DNA of 63,723 bases, filler included, from Nemertoderma westbladi (GCA_032718475.1; 4 parts of 4 records of this genome joined end to end with filler, not necessarily neighbours in it), one strand, 5' to 3'; positions 1 through 12,824 are shown, numbered from the whole stretch's first letter. The notes: generated by a model from the sequence alone, not told the origin. Numbers and translations: made by a program.

Positions 1-597
1 TGCAAAATTATAGGGTGTAAAAATGCCGACAACCGACAACCATTGTTAAAACAAATTAATCGGATCGGGTTACAGTGGAAGGTTATTCTAACCAAAACAA
101 TAAACAAGAGTCGCGAACTCAGGATACATTTTCATACTTCCCATTGTTAGCAGTGGTTGTCGGCGTTTACACACAATTATATCAATGAACAATTATATAT
201 ATACCGGTAATAAAAAATTACCAAAAAATATTTGTGTAAACAATACCAATAATACCTATAAAAAAAAACCAATACATATATCCCGCGGGGTTGATAAGCA
301 CATAATTGTGTTTCTTATTTAACTTTAGTAGTTATATCTAGGTAAGAGGTTGAACTAAGAAGTAAATTGAGATTAATTGGCATTTATTACAATAAATTAT
401 TACAAAACAAAAACATTACAGTACTATAAATTTAATTTAAATTTGTTGAAAATTACAAAACGTAAATTACGTAAATTGCAAAAATTATTACTATATATTA
501 ATTTATTGCATTAGTGGCCGAGGATAATATTTAATTCGTAAAGTTGTCCCAGCAATAAAATTCGTAGGCGCAGTCAATAATTTGTACGTGTCGTGTA

Positions 598-1022
598 GTC
601 GATGCAGTGGTTAAACTCATTTCCACGATCAATAATTCGTACGCGGCGTCGTCGCAGCGGTTAAACTCATTTCCACGATCAATAATTCGTATGCGGCGTC
701 GTCGCAGTGGTTAAACTCATTGCCACGATCAATAATTCAAACGCGGCGTCGTCGCAGCGGTTAAACTCATTGTCGCGGAGGATAGTTTGTACGCGGTGTC
801 GTCGCAGTGGTTAAACTCATTTTCACGGAGGATAATTCGTACGCGGCATCGACGCAGCGGTTAAACTCATTTCCACGGAGGATAATTCGTACGCGGCGTC
901 GATGCAGCGGTTAAACTCATTGACACGGAGGATAATTCGTACGCTGAGTTGACGCAGTGGTTAAACTCATTGCCATGCTCGATAATTCGTATGCAGAGTC
1001 GATGCACCAGTTAAACTCATCG
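598..1022. repeat. 50-bp tandem minisatellite, ~8.5 diverged copies
   Basis: Unit like GTCGTCGCAGCGGTTAAACTCATTTCCACGATCAATAATTCGTACGCGGC; GGTTAAACTCAT recurs every 50 nt. Confidence 0.9.
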
Positions 1023-2898
1023 TCACAGCTATGAAACATCATCAGTGAGTTGGGGCATCATCCAGAGAATATTCCTAGCCTTCAAACTTCATCCCAAAGT
1101 GAAGCAAACTCGAGTTATCGTCGTTCAAAGAATTAGTCAATCAGGCGCCGTATCTGATGACCACGGTATGGGGGTGACTTGGGACCTCAACGCGAGATTC
1201 AGAACACCATCCAAAACATATTCGCATAAAATCTTATCACTAATTGTCAAGGCCTAGGTAAGTTTTCAGCGTTTGAATATTTGAGCCAATCAGGTGCCAG
1301 ATACAGTGACCACGGTACGCGCGTGACCTGAGACCCCAATGGAAGGTTCAGAGTACTGGCCAAAACATTTTCGCATCAAATTGTACCGTAAAATGTTACT
1401 GCATATCAGCAAAGTCACCTACCGGTATTTGATCAGCAAAAGATCAGGTCTGACTGTGTGATTTGGGTCTGATCATATTTTCCTTTGCATGCATAAGAAG
1501 CCCTTCAATGGTCACTATCCGCTACATTGATCTAATCCATATCGTCAGATAGCCCGTGTTGCTGTTATAAGATTTATTTTGATTTGGTGCGATTTGGGTA
1601 ATTTTAGTTTTTTTGGGGTAAACTATGGTATTAATAACTTCCAGTAAAATCCCAACGTTAAGAACATTGCTAGAAACGTCAATCATCTATAGCCTACAAA
1701 CTAAGGGTAACTGTCAGCCAGTTACTGTACATGGGCAGATGGGTATACTAAGTACAGGAGTTGGAGTACCCGGTACTTGGATATTCCTGTATTGACAATA
1801 CTCAACTATATGAAGATAGGGTACGTTTTGACTAAAATACGGCATCTGATGTAACGTTTTGACTAGGCCTATCTGCCAAAAGAACCTCCACTATATATGA
1901 CCATACATGTAGGCCTACCATACCTGCACCGGTGCTCACTACAGACTGTGGAGATAGCTACCGGCAAGAGGTGTTTGGTATATAGTTTTAGTCAGTAATG
2001 GCATACAGCAACTACTGACTTTATGATTTCATCAAGTTCATCAAACCAGGCTGACGACTCAGCCGTTTAATTAATTGCAGCGGGATTGGATAATTTATTA
2101 ATTAATTTGGGGAACTTTACTAATTAGTAAAATCGTTAATTAGTTTGATTCAAAAGATTTTAGAGTAATTATCATTTGTAAAATAGTAAACCGCTTTGAT
2201 ACACCTTGTGAATAAGGATTTGGGGGCGGGGGGGACAAAGCCCCCCCGCCAATTAGGTAATTAAGTAATTAGTTAATTACTAATTAACGGTAGGAGATAC
2301 GGCATCGGCGCCAGAGACTTTTTTGTGTAGAATAAAATTCCAAACAACTTTGTGATGTTACGTTTTTTCATAGCTCTTAGTGTTTTCGAGTTACGACGCT
2401 AATTAGTTTTCGGCTAATTAGTACTAATTAACAGTAATAGGAGGGCCATAGCGATGACTGAACTTTTTTTAGATCTTACCGAGATGAACAAAAAAAAACA
2501 CCGTTGCTAGGGGAAAAACCAAATACTTTTCGAGAAAAATCAATTAGAAATCTTTAATCGCTAATTACTAATTAATTAATTAACAGATTTTTTCCATATG
2601 GAGTATTAATTTCAAAGCCAGCTGCCATTTTATTAGCCCCTGAGTTTTTGATTATTGATAGTAACAATGTGTTGGCAAGCTGTATTTTTCGAGGTGTTTG
2701 TTATTATACATTTATTATAGGAAGGGATCTAGGGGTCTTAACCTCGAATGATAAGTTTATTTTACCGAAAATAACTTATCTTTTATTGGCGCAATTGTAG
2801 GACTAATCCCATCACATGCGTACTTTTTAACCGGGTAGTGTACAAATTTAGGAATCGCGTAATTTTTCTTGAAATTAATACTCCATATCTCAAGAACC

Positions 2899-2960
2899 GG
2901 TGGCCTAGTGGTTGTAGTCTCGGCTTCCACCTCGAGGTCCCAGGTTCGAATCCGACACCA
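2899..2960 (+). ncRNA. tRNA-derived Pol III promoter cassette (SINE-like head, Gly-TCC-like loop); not a functional tRNA
   Basis: A box TGGCCTAGTGG (2901-2911), B box GGTTCGAATCC (2943-2953), anticodon-like arm CTCGG-CTTCCAC-C(T)CGAG; no proper acceptor stem. Confidence 0.75.
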
Positions 2961-2999
2961 CGCTGATGAGACCCAGTAAGGTCGAAACGCGTACGTGGT
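2957..2999 (+). ncRNA. Minimal type I hammerhead ribozyme
   Basis: Stem I ACCACG(2957-62)/CGTGGT(2994-99); core CTGATGA (2963-69); stem II GACC/GGTC with loop CAGTAA; GAAA (2984-87); minimal stem III inside palindrome ACGCGT; GUA triplet, predicted cut after A2993. Confidence 0.85.
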
Positions 3000-3589
3000 T
3001 TGGAGAGATATGAGATATTAATTTCAAGAAAAATTACGCGATTCCTAAATTTGTACACTACCCGGTTATAAAGTACGCATGTGATGGGATTAGTCCTACA
3101 ATTGCGCCAATAAAAGATAAGTTATTTTCGGTAAAATAAACTTATCATTCGAGGTTAAGACCCCTAGATCCCTTCCTATAATAAATGTATAATAACAAAC
3201 ACCTCGAAAAATACAGCTTGCCAACATATTATTTTTCAATAGTGTTACTGTGTTAAACAGGTTAACGTTATTTTTAATTTTGTTGTAAATGTTGTCAGAA
3301 TGCTGGAATGTTATGCAGGGCCGATCATTAAGTATGTCTATGCATGCTGTCAATTTTAATATGTTTCGTAATTTTAATATGCTTTGTATTCGTTTTACAG
3401 TAGACACTATTACTATAATTTGGCGTCCAATAAAAAACGTCAACTTCAACTTCACGCTGTGTCGTGTTGAAAATTTGTTGGCATTAATTATTACAGGACC
3501 AACAGGTGAGATTTTTTAAAAACTTTAAGAAACCCAGTTCATCAGTCTCCAACATGTCTAAACATTAAATGTCCTCCAATTTTTGTTGC

Positions 3590-4160
3590 TTTTAATCCGT
3601 TCAAGCTGAAACTTGGCAGATATGTACTAGACCATTAGCTGTGGCATTCAAAGGGGGCTAAACAGTCTATAGTTCTCTTGTCTTCCACTAGAGAGCGAAA
3701 TGCCTGAAAGTGAAATTATTGACACATTCCGTTATTTATGATCCATACAAGCTGAAAGTTGTCAGATATGTGCTAGAACACATCCTGTATCTTTGTGGTC
3801 TCTGTAATCGGTCAGTCTGAGTTTTCCAGTATGTCGCTACAACTCGCTAGAGCGCGAAATTTATGAATGTATTAACCTTCAAATTCCATTGATCTTAATC
3901 TGTTTAAAGCTGAATCTTGGCAAATATGTACCAGACCACATGGTTCGTCTGTGTGAAGAATTTGATCGGTTCTCAGTTCTCCAGTTTGCCTCTAGAGGTT
4001 GAAATGTCTGAAAGTGAAAACTTTCTCTCATTAGGTTATTTTTTATCCATTCAAGCTGATACTTGGCAGACATGCTAGACCGTAGACCATACATAGGTAG
4101 CATCTTTGTTGGGATGGTATTCTCTCGGCAGTTCTTCAGTCTACCGCTAGTAGGCTGAAA
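3590..4160 (+). repeat. Degenerate ~145-155-bp tandem repeat, same family as 62820-63540
   Basis: Recurring CAAGCTGAAACTTGGCAGATATG...C(A/G)CTAGAGNGCGAAAT...CTGAAAGTGA blocks. Confidence 0.65.
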
Positions 4161-4246
4161 TTAAACATTTTAGATATGTGTGAAATTAAAACGTCAGCCC
4201 TTTCTTATTATTGTTTATAATCATTTTCCTGGTACCTGACACATAG

Positions 4247-4515
4247 GTCACACCTTGGTGTAGTGGTTGCATAGAATTCACATCACTAGTAGGTCGTGGG
4301 TACAATCCACGCATGGGCCAGGGCAGTTTTCGTTTCGGTACGAATACTTAAAAGGGACCAACCAGGGCGCATCTCTGCCTTGCATCCTTAAATGAGTACT
4401 GAAGTTTACTCTGAGGAGTATATTTTTGGGGGACCGCACTGGAAACACGTCGCGAGACTTTGTGCGTAATCCCTGGCCTAATAGTCGAAGAAAATGTAGG
4501 CCTGCTTTTTTACTT
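4247..4515 (+). mobile_element. Degenerate tRNA-derived SINE
   Basis: A box TGGTGTAGTGGTT, degenerate B box GGGTACAATCC, central GCCTTGCATCCT-TAAATGAGTAC similar to the SINE core at 10410-10460, T-rich end. Confidence 0.5.
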
Positions 4516-5235
4516 TTACATTTAGATATATTCTAGACCTCTTATTACATTTATATATATTCTAGACCTCAGACTGTGTTTTTGTGAAGTCTTAAATCTA
4601 TTGCAATTACTCAGTCAACCTCTATGTGATATTGTGACAAGGTGACATGTTTACATTTTGCAAATATTTCTTTCGAGTTGACACTTAACATAAGTTCATA
4701 TCACGTGCTGCGCGAAGGCCCCTCTTCGTGTTTTACAAGATTTACTTGAATGTACGTATGTACTAACTATACTGTAGTTATTTAAAAAGCCAGTAGGCCT
4801 ACATGCGCAAAGTAGACCTACAGTATCATACCTTTTTATAAAACAATGATGAATATTGCCCCTACGGCTACGGTTATTTTGATATTATTCACATTCCTAT
4901 TTTATCAATAACACGCAGTTGAATTATTTTATTTATTAATTACCGAAACTTCAACACGCGATTTTTAAGTATAACACAACTACAGTAAATGTCATTATTT
5001 GTCGTATTTGTATTTAAAAAGAACATACAATATAGGAGGCACCTTAGTGTTAGAAACTAAATCGTCCTTTATCGTCTGCTCGTTGATTACACTGGAGGGG
5101 CAATTCAACTTTCAGCCATCCATCGAACAGTATAATATTTATTATGATTATTTCATAATAATTTTTTATCATTATATTGCATAATGTATATACGTAATCG
5201 TAATGTCCGAGTTCGCTCGACTTAGTAGTAGTAGT

Positions 5236-5420
5236 ATTTCATAATAAATAATATCATCATTTCATAATAATTATTATGATTATTTCATAATAATAATTAT
5301 CATTATATTTTATAATAATTATCATTATATTTCATAATAAATTATTATCATCATTTCATAATAATTATTATCATCATTTCATAATAATTATTATCATTAT
5401 TTCATAATAATGATATATAA
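5236..5420. repeat. AT-rich low-complexity tandem repeat (ATTTCATAATAATTATTATC-like)
   Basis: Visible ~25-28-bp repeated units. Confidence 0.8.
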
Positions 5421-5765
5421 TAAAAATATCCTTGAAAAAAAAAATAAACAAAACTCGCAGAGAATTTCCAAACCCCTGGTACCGGGAGCATAGAACACGT
5501 ACAGTAGTATAAAAACACTTAAAACCTGCTTCCTGAATACGGGCAAATACGTCCCACATACGGTAGCCTACGGTAGGCTACGGGAACTCTTTCAAATACG
5601 TACACATACGGCAAAAAGACAAACCCTTTATTTCAACAATGGATTTTTAATTAATGTCGCCTGGGGGTGGTGATACTGCATTTGATATTTGATAATATAT
5701 ATAAACTGGTTATATGTATGATGCAGCAAATATTTTGCCAAAATTATTGGCGCTTTATATTGCCA

Positions 5766-6056
5766 TGTGGGGCGAGCCACGAAGTGAGTGAGCCTTAGCG
5801 TAGTGGTACCATTAATCAACCTGTGGGGCGAGCCACGAAGTGAGTGAGCCTTAGCGTAGTGGTACCATTAATCAACCTGTGGGGCGAGCCACGAAGTGAG
5901 TGAGCCTTAGCGTAGGGGTACCATTAATCAACCTGTCGTTCTGTCGCTTTTTTTGCAGTGTTCAATTTTGAACGTTAATAACTCGATCATTCCTCGATGA
6001 AATGTAACCAAACTTGGTACACAAATAGTCTGTCAAAAGTTTAGAAATTTTCCAAG
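5766..6056 (+). mobile_element. 5' end of a Helentron/DINE-like non-autonomous element with a triplicated 56-bp head
   Basis: Three exact-like copies of TGTGGGGCGAGCCACGAAGTGAGTGAGCCTTAGCGTAG...; the following sequence matches 31357-31532; reverse complement TGGCTCGCCCCA followed by CTAG at 9806-9822 may be the 3' end. Confidence 0.5.
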
Positions 6057-7689
6057 TTGAATTTGCTTGGGGACTTCGTGCAGCACCAGTGTAACTGTCT
6101 TACAGTTATAATAAATTTATTTATCCAAAATTATAACGCTTGACATCAGCAGGTTGCTAGGAGACTAAATCATCTGGGTTTCTGGCAAATTACGAAATTA
6201 CAGTAATGCCATTGTGGCCTGTCTGCCTGTCTGCCTGTACCGGTACTATACTCAATGTCAATCCCTGAATCAGGAATCCTGTAATCAGACAATACAGCAA
6301 TACTGCAATACCATACAGCCATACTGTATTTGGTGTTTTACGGTACTGGCTGACTGGTACCGCGGTACCGGTTCAGTCATTATAGATCAAGTATACTTGT
6401 ACTACAGGACAGGCCTAATTCTGTAGGCCCTAATTAATTAGCCATGCAGTGCGGATGCGGGCTGTTGGACTGCGGTCTTTAATTAGATTAGAGGGTCCGT
6501 TGGCGCCATCCGCCGTACCGCCCTACTACCTGACTACTGTCAGACTGTAGAAGTATAACCGGACTGATAGCAACTGCTGAACTGCCAACTACAGACTGAC
6601 AGAACTACCGGTACGGTCTGAACTACGGCAGCACTATACCGCATTTCTACGTTCCTGTCAGCGACAAAAGAAAATGAATTTCTTCGTTTACGGTTTCTGC
6701 TCTTGTTAACGGTTAAATATGTTAATTAAAGACTATGTATTGGTACGACCGACGGCGCCGGCAACTGGTATAATCAGATGTGATGTACATACAGACATAT
6801 CAATCTGCCAATACAACAATAGCAATAGGTTTACCCCTACCAACCATCCATCGACTCGGCAACTGCAACAATGGAAGTTATGCGGACTAACCAGCTGACC
6901 GGCATTCTAAGTTCAGGTACCCACTTCCAGAGTCTACCCAGCTGCCCAGAAAAGTGTTGGAATTGAAATCAAACAACTCACCACCAAGGCCGCCTCTGTC
7001 TGTATATACAGTATTTTCAATACAAAATTAAAATAGGCAAAATATTTTCACATTTATGGGTGTTTGGTGGTCTTTTTTGGTGTCAAATGTGGTGCTGCAC
7101 CAAAATTAAAAAATTTCAAAATTTTTTGTGAAAATTACAAAAGTTGCCATAACTTGAGAACAAAATACCTTATCGAAAAACTGATTTCAGATTCGGAATT
7201 ACCATAAAATTTTACATCGGAAAACACATTTAAAAAAATATTATAAAAAAAGACTGGGGGTGACCCCCCCCCCCCCCCCCCTTAATTCGTCTGGGGTGTA
7301 GACTGAAATGCTACCGATAAGCCAATGCTGGTGGTTATATATTGCTCTAAGGTTATGCGATGGGTGTTGGGTGGGTGTGGTTAAACTATATGGAGATTAA
7401 ACTCGACCGCTTTGTGTGGTGCAATACTGTAACTTAAACGCAGCTAATATTATAATTTCCATGCTTTGCAGTTACTTTCACTTTCACTAAGTAGGCCTAT
7501 ATATACGATTCTGTCATTGTTAGTTGGTTCCGTTCCGTAGGTATTCTAATATTTTATATCACAACGCTTTTAATAATAACAAACTTCCCGTAATGTAGTA
7601 GTTTGCATTAAATCGTTTCTGAGGACAACGGCCCTCTTTACCGAATTGTTGCTTTAAAATTTAAAACAATTTCAATATCCCTTCAAATA

Positions 7690-8382
7690 CAGGGTGGTCA
7701 AAAAAAGCTGTACCGATGTAAAGTGCTATAAAAACTTTAATTTTTATCAAAACACATCGAAATTTTGTAGTCGGACATTTCAATAGTTTTGAACACTAAA
7801 TATCAGTCCATAGAGCATTTCACCTAATGTCCGTCTGTCTGTTTGTCTGTCTGTCCGTTTCAATGTATCTTAAGAACGGCTGGACCGATTGCCAAAAATA
7901 TCATTGTTTATTTTCAGTTTCATCATATGTCCATAGGCCATATGACTCAGGGTTTAGACAGAACCCATACGAATAGCCGGTTTTCAACTGAAAACCAGCC
8001 CGATCCGAGGTACTGCCTCGCACATTTTCAACACCATCAATAATTGAGTTTTGATTGAACGAGTTTTGAAGTAAATTTCCACAGTCAAATGCTTTCTGGT
8101 AAGGAGGTGTCGGAGACATTGTGAAAAGGGACAACTGAACAGATCGGAAATCTAAAGCATGGAACAAATAACGCCTGTAGTCTCCTTCTTTTTTATCACT
8201 TGTGACCTCATGGTGATTCATACAAAAAATTTTGGTTCTTAAGATAACTTAAAGCGGACAAACAAACAATTTAGTGTTCAAAAATATTCAAATGTCCGAC
8301 TATAAAATTTCGATGTGTTTTGCTAAAAATTAAAGTTTTTATAGCACTTTACATGGGTACAGCTTTTTTTGACCACCCTCTG
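7690..8382. mobile_element. Tc1/mariner-type MITE, ~112-bp TIRs, TA TSD
   Basis: TA|CAGGGTGGTCAAAAAAAGCTGTACC... and ...GGTACAGCTTTTTTTGACCACCCTCTG|TA. Confidence 0.85.
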
Positions 8383-10290
8383 TACTCGGCCTATGTTACA
8401 CAGAGGGATTTTACTTTTAATTTAATATATTTTTTTTCTTTAGTATTTATTGGTACTTATGTCGCGTTTCTGGTATGACTTACCTTCTGGTTAGGTTTTT
8501 GATTGGATTAAATAAATACAAATTTGTTAATGTTTATTGTGAATAAAAACAATTATATTTTCTACTGAATTTTTCATAAATTATGATTTTGTCCTTGCTT
8601 GGCTGAAGATTAAAAAAATCCAATAAATAAAAATATATCAATTGAATATGATAATATATATGAAGAAATAGTGTTATGAAAGAAACGCGGCATTTACGTC
8701 ATGGGTTGGGTGGTCCGTGTTATCAGCAGAAATAATATCGCTGTATTACGGGGAGACAGGGGAGGGGGCCCCCCCCCTCCCCATGGGGGGGGGGGGGGGG
8801 GGGGGGGCTTGCCACAAATCCCTTCTTAACGAAATAATAACTCATCTAAATGTTAAATTAATAGACAAGCGGTTATAGGTGTTAGTTATTGTTATTGATG
8901 TCAGTTATTGGTTATTCTAACCAAAACAATAAACTAAATTCAATAGAACAGTTTAAAGTTTTATTTTTGGGAGGAATCAGCTGATATCCGAAAGCCACCC
9001 CCCCCCCCCTCCCTATCAGATATGGGACGTGGGATAATTGCTGCACATCATTTTATATGACTCCTGGGTTGTTATGGTGTATTAACTTTATATGACCCCT
9101 GGGTTATTTATTATGTTGTATTTATTACTTTATATGACACCTGGGTTGTTATGGTGTATTTATTTTAGATTTAGAAACGAATGATATATTTTTTTATCAA
9201 ATTCCTCAACTAGACTTGACAAGGAATTTTGAATTTCGACTAACTACAGTTAGTTTAAACTTTCAGAGTAATTGTTAGGTTGAGTTATATGTAGAGTTGA
9301 GTATATGTAGAGAGTATATGTTGAGTTATCTATAATTATAATATATTGTATTTATTTCTGAAATTTTGGTATTTCTCAGGGTGGCCATATAAAACTAAAT
9401 ATTGAACTTAAACAAAGCAATTACCGTATTTCCCGCAGTTGAGTATTAAACGACAGCCTGAAGGAAATACGAACACTTTATTTAATTCGAATTACCTTTT
9501 ATTTTAAGATTTTTTACCCGCTTTTGTGACATATTTTCACTGACACGGCCCTACCCTTACTTCTGCACCAGTAACGACTACTACACATAGGCCCACAGCA
9601 AAAAGTAAAGTGATTGTGAAATTGAAACACAGAAGAAAACCCATCACATCCCACCATTGATATACTCTTACTGCATAATATTGCACTTTAATTTATAAAT
9701 TATTATTCGGGTGACCTTGTAGCGGACTACCATGGACAAGGGCACACAAAATATACTGATAGACCCTTGGCTCAATATAACTCACTAGTTGGCTCGCCCA
9801 CGGAATGGCTCGCCCCAACTAGAGAATATACTTTCAGTATACAGTGCAATACTGTAGCACTTAGGCCTACTGCATTAGGCTGTCAGGCTTCTGATTGTCT
9901 GAACATCATATTGCTGTATTGACAATATAATACGGATATAAAACCTATTCTTATATTTTGTTATAATATTATAAAGTGGGACGCTAAAGAGACGACTCTC
10001 AGCGTACCTACAACCTTTTAGGTCTATAACAATTTGCCCCCACTTTCCCTGTAGTCAGAGTGGCCACCCCACCTCCTGTGCTGGATATCTATTTCTATTC
10101 GAGGGTTTATAAATGCAGAGTTTTCATAAAATATTTATTTCAGTGCATTTGTTGGTTAAGGCTATTATTATTATTAAATTATTAAATTATTACATCACAG
10201 AATATTTCGTAAATATTTGTTTTGTTACTAATATCACAACGTCCGGCCTAGCATTATAGAAAGCAATACAAAACAATAACAATGTATACA

Positions 10291-10528
10291 AGCAAAAAAA
10301 AGCAAACAGTCGGCCGAAGCCGGAGGCAACCCAAAGGCTCCTCTTTCGATAGCTGCTACCCGAGGGTAGGGGTGGGCGCTACTCCTATCCCAAGATTTGC
10401 TCCCAGTTATTTAACTGGTACTCATTTTATCGACCCCAGTGGATGAAAGGCTGAGTGGACCCTGGCGGGGCTGAACCTACAACCAATAGATTGCAGGCCC
10501 GGCGCTCAACCAAATGAGCTACCCCGCC
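10291..10528 (-). mobile_element. tRNA-derived SINE with conserved central core (Meta/Sauria-like motif) and 7-bp TSD
   Basis: Minus strand: A box TAGCTCATTTGG, B box GGTTCAGCCCC, core CACTCAGCCTTTCATCC...GGGGTCGATAAAATGAGTACCAG, T8 terminator; flanked by GTATACA at 10284-10290 and 10529-10535. Confidence 0.8.
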
Positions 10529-10620
10529 GTATACAGGTATTGTTAAATTGTATTACTCAGTGTTGTAATTGATTATAGTTAGTATTATCTTTGTTGATTT
10601 CTTTAAGGCCTTCGACCAGA

Positions 10621-11476
10621 AATCTCAGGACATCATAACCTACACACAGGGCGAACATTACTACATATATCTTTAGCCGAAAGAAATTTAATTAAATATT
10701 ATTATTATTATTATTAACACTCGATAGCAGTAAAAATATGATCGAGGAGAAAACAACCAGGTTACAAACAACAAGGACGGTTGTAAAACAAAACTAAATA
10801 CACATAATAACAGAGTAAACAGATCAATGGCAATAAGGGCGCGTTGGCAAATATACGTCATAATTATGTAAACAATAACACTCGATAAAAAAATTATAAA
10901 AAAATCGGACAAACATACTTCTGTACGTATTGTGACAGGGACTACAATAGACGTTAAGTGAAATAAAACCCATCGCATAAAAGCAAAAAATAAATTAAAA
11001 ATAAGTCATAAAATCTCTTTAATCGCAAAAACATTAATATAAAAAAAAATAAATCATAAAATCAGGGCACCAAATATGCAAATAATAATCAATAATTACT
11101 TGAACCTATTGAAGCAGCAAAATGAAATAAGATTTAATTCCTTGACCATTCTTGCAAATATAAATATATTTTCGGCATTGACCACTCTGGATGGAAGCCA
11201 GTCGAGTTTGCCGATGGAATAATTTACGGTTATGACCCCTTAGACCTGCACGAGGAGGACCATAGCTAAAAAAAATTTAAAAAAGGTAAGTCAGTTATTT
11301 TATTATTAATATGTTGACTAGTAATTCAGGGATCGAAAAAACTCTTTCAGACGCGCTTGAATGCCGAAATAGTTTTGATGGAGGCTATGACATCCCCGCA
11401 TCCGAAAGGAGAACCGGTACTACTGTATTCTACAACTACAGTACCAGTACAACAGTACTATGGTACAGACAGCACT
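10621..11476 (-). pseudogene. Truncated, disrupted paralog of the 5' (F-box) end of the neighbouring F-box gene
   Basis: 11308-11476 aligns by eye with 12736-12897 and 10621-10690 with 12652-12737, with indels; the two halves are separated by a ~620-bp insertion. Confidence 0.75.
10691..11260 (-). mobile_element. 5'-truncated CR1-like LINE 3' end inserted in the F-box pseudogene
   Basis: Minus strand encodes LRGHNRKLF and WLPSRVVNAENIFIF (CR1 ORF2 C-terminal motifs), then an AT-rich 3' UTR and (AAT)n tail near 10698-10716. Confidence 0.55.
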
Positions 11477-11567
11477 GGGCCGGTACAAAAGAATAATGAC
11501 AGAAGATAAGAAATAGATACAAGAAATATGGCCGATCTGCATAATTATTATTCTTTGAGCTTTAATA

Positions 11568-12824
11568 TTATATCAAACACAATCTAACAAATACAGTTGA
11601 ACGGGTCTTATATATATTGTGATATAAGTTATGTAGTTGGCTCGCGGTTATATCGCTTTCTTTTGCTTTGGGGTCCAATCGAAATACTTCATCACAGAAG
11701 ACATTTACCAATGTGGAGCCTGGAAACATCTTGGGTATTATTAACGAGATTTTTTTGCCGTAGGGGCTGCAGGTGAAGATCCATTCGAAACTGAAAGCGA
11801 ATATAATATCGTCCACACAGTTCGGAGGTGGAGGTGCCAGACCCCCTAAATGAGACTCTATATTCGCCGCTTCCATATCGTGAGATATGGGAAATATGAC
11901 ATCACTAACTGACACCCGGTCGCCGTAAAACGCAACGCAAGAGAAGGTAGGAGCTTTGTCTAAATTTCCAGCACCATACCAATCTAGTTCACCACCTGCG
12001 ATCAACGGATTCTGAAATCCAAACACTATATAAAGCAAATTACTTAAATCAGTTATATTTATGGTTGTTATTATTTCCTGGCTGGAGACGATAATAACAT
12101 ATTTGACATTATGAATTCGACCTAAAAGTCCCGCCTTCTGCAAAAACTCACCAACATTTCGAACTCCATCCCTGAAGTTCTTGAGGTCGCTGTTATATAT
12201 GTCGAACTGAATTATATTACCGTCGTAGTTTTTAGAGAATGAGAGGCAAGAAATTAAGTTTTGTTGTTTGGTTTGACCGCCAGCTGATGTTACCGGCATT
12301 ATATCACCATTCAACTTCACGGACGATGGAAAACATTTGCTGTAATCTCTTCGTAAACTATGAACGAGCTTCCATGATGAGGGAAGTAAAACCCCTGGAT
12401 TCAGACTATTAATGTTTAAAGATATAAAAGCAAATTTGGGCATCGTATATAAGTTATGGGCCCATTTCTGCAACTGTTTCTCAGTACGTGCCACTGCCAA
12501 TTCCTGTAATTCAGTACGTGCCACTTCCAATTCCTGTAATTTGAGGAGCGAAAAGTCAGCGGAAAATTCCAGCGCCTTCTGGTACACGATTCGTTCGCTC
12601 TCAGTCAGGGCTTGATTACCGCTAAGGAATAAATCCAATCGTCGTGGTCTCAATCTCAGGACATAATCTCCGGCTTTCGCCCATAACCTACACACAGGGC
12701 GAACATTACATATGTCTACAGCCGAAAGAAATTTAAATATGTGTTCTAGTAATTCAGGGAGTGAGAAAACTCTTTCAGACGCGCCTGGATGGCGAAATCG
12801 TTTTGATGGAGGCGGTGACGACAT
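11568..12824 (-). CDS. F-box protein with C-terminal FIST-like domain (divergent FBXO22-like), single exon
   Basis: ATG at 12824; F-box LPELLEHIFKFLSAVDICNVRPVCRLW; C-terminal VAFYGDRV...KMFPGSTLVNVF...STVFVRL resembles the FBXO22 FIST-C region. Confidence 0.8.
   Translation of the reverse strand: MSSPPPSKRFRHPGASERVFSLPELLEHIFKFLSAVDICNVRPVCRLWAKAGDYVLRLRPRRLDLFLSGNQALTESERIVYQKALEFSADFSLLKLQELEVARTELQELAVARTEKQLQKWAHNLYTMPKFAFISLNINSLNPGVLLPSSWKLVHSLRRDYSKCFPSSVKLNGDIMPVTSAGGQTKQQNLISCLSFSKNYDGNIIQFDIYNSDLKNFRDGVRNVGEFLQKAGLLGRIHNVKYVIIVSSQEIITTINITDLSNLLYIVFGFQNPLIAGGELDWYGAGNLDKAPTFSCVAFYGDRVSVSDVIFPISHDMEAANIESHLGGLAPPPPNCVDDIIFAFSFEWIFTCSPYGKKISLIIPKMFPGSTLVNVFCDEVFRLDPKAKESDITASQLHNLYHNIYKTRSTVFVRLCLI

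Larger units (their letters stand above)
2670..3226. mobile_element. Foldback/MITE-like element with ~222-bp inverted arms (2670-2891 and 3005-3226) around a 113-bp tRNA-like + hammerhead spacer
   Basis: Left arm TGTTGGCAAGCTGTATTTTTCGAGG...GAAATTAATACTCCATATCTC is the reverse complement of the right arm GAGATATGAGATATTAATTTC...CCTCGAAAAATACAGCTTGCCAACA with only a few mismatches; no clear TSD. Confidence 0.85.

Noticed and set aside
2899-2960. Functional tRNA-Gly gene
   Set aside because: No paired acceptor stem, bulged anticodon stem and weak T stem; treated as a tRNA-derived promoter
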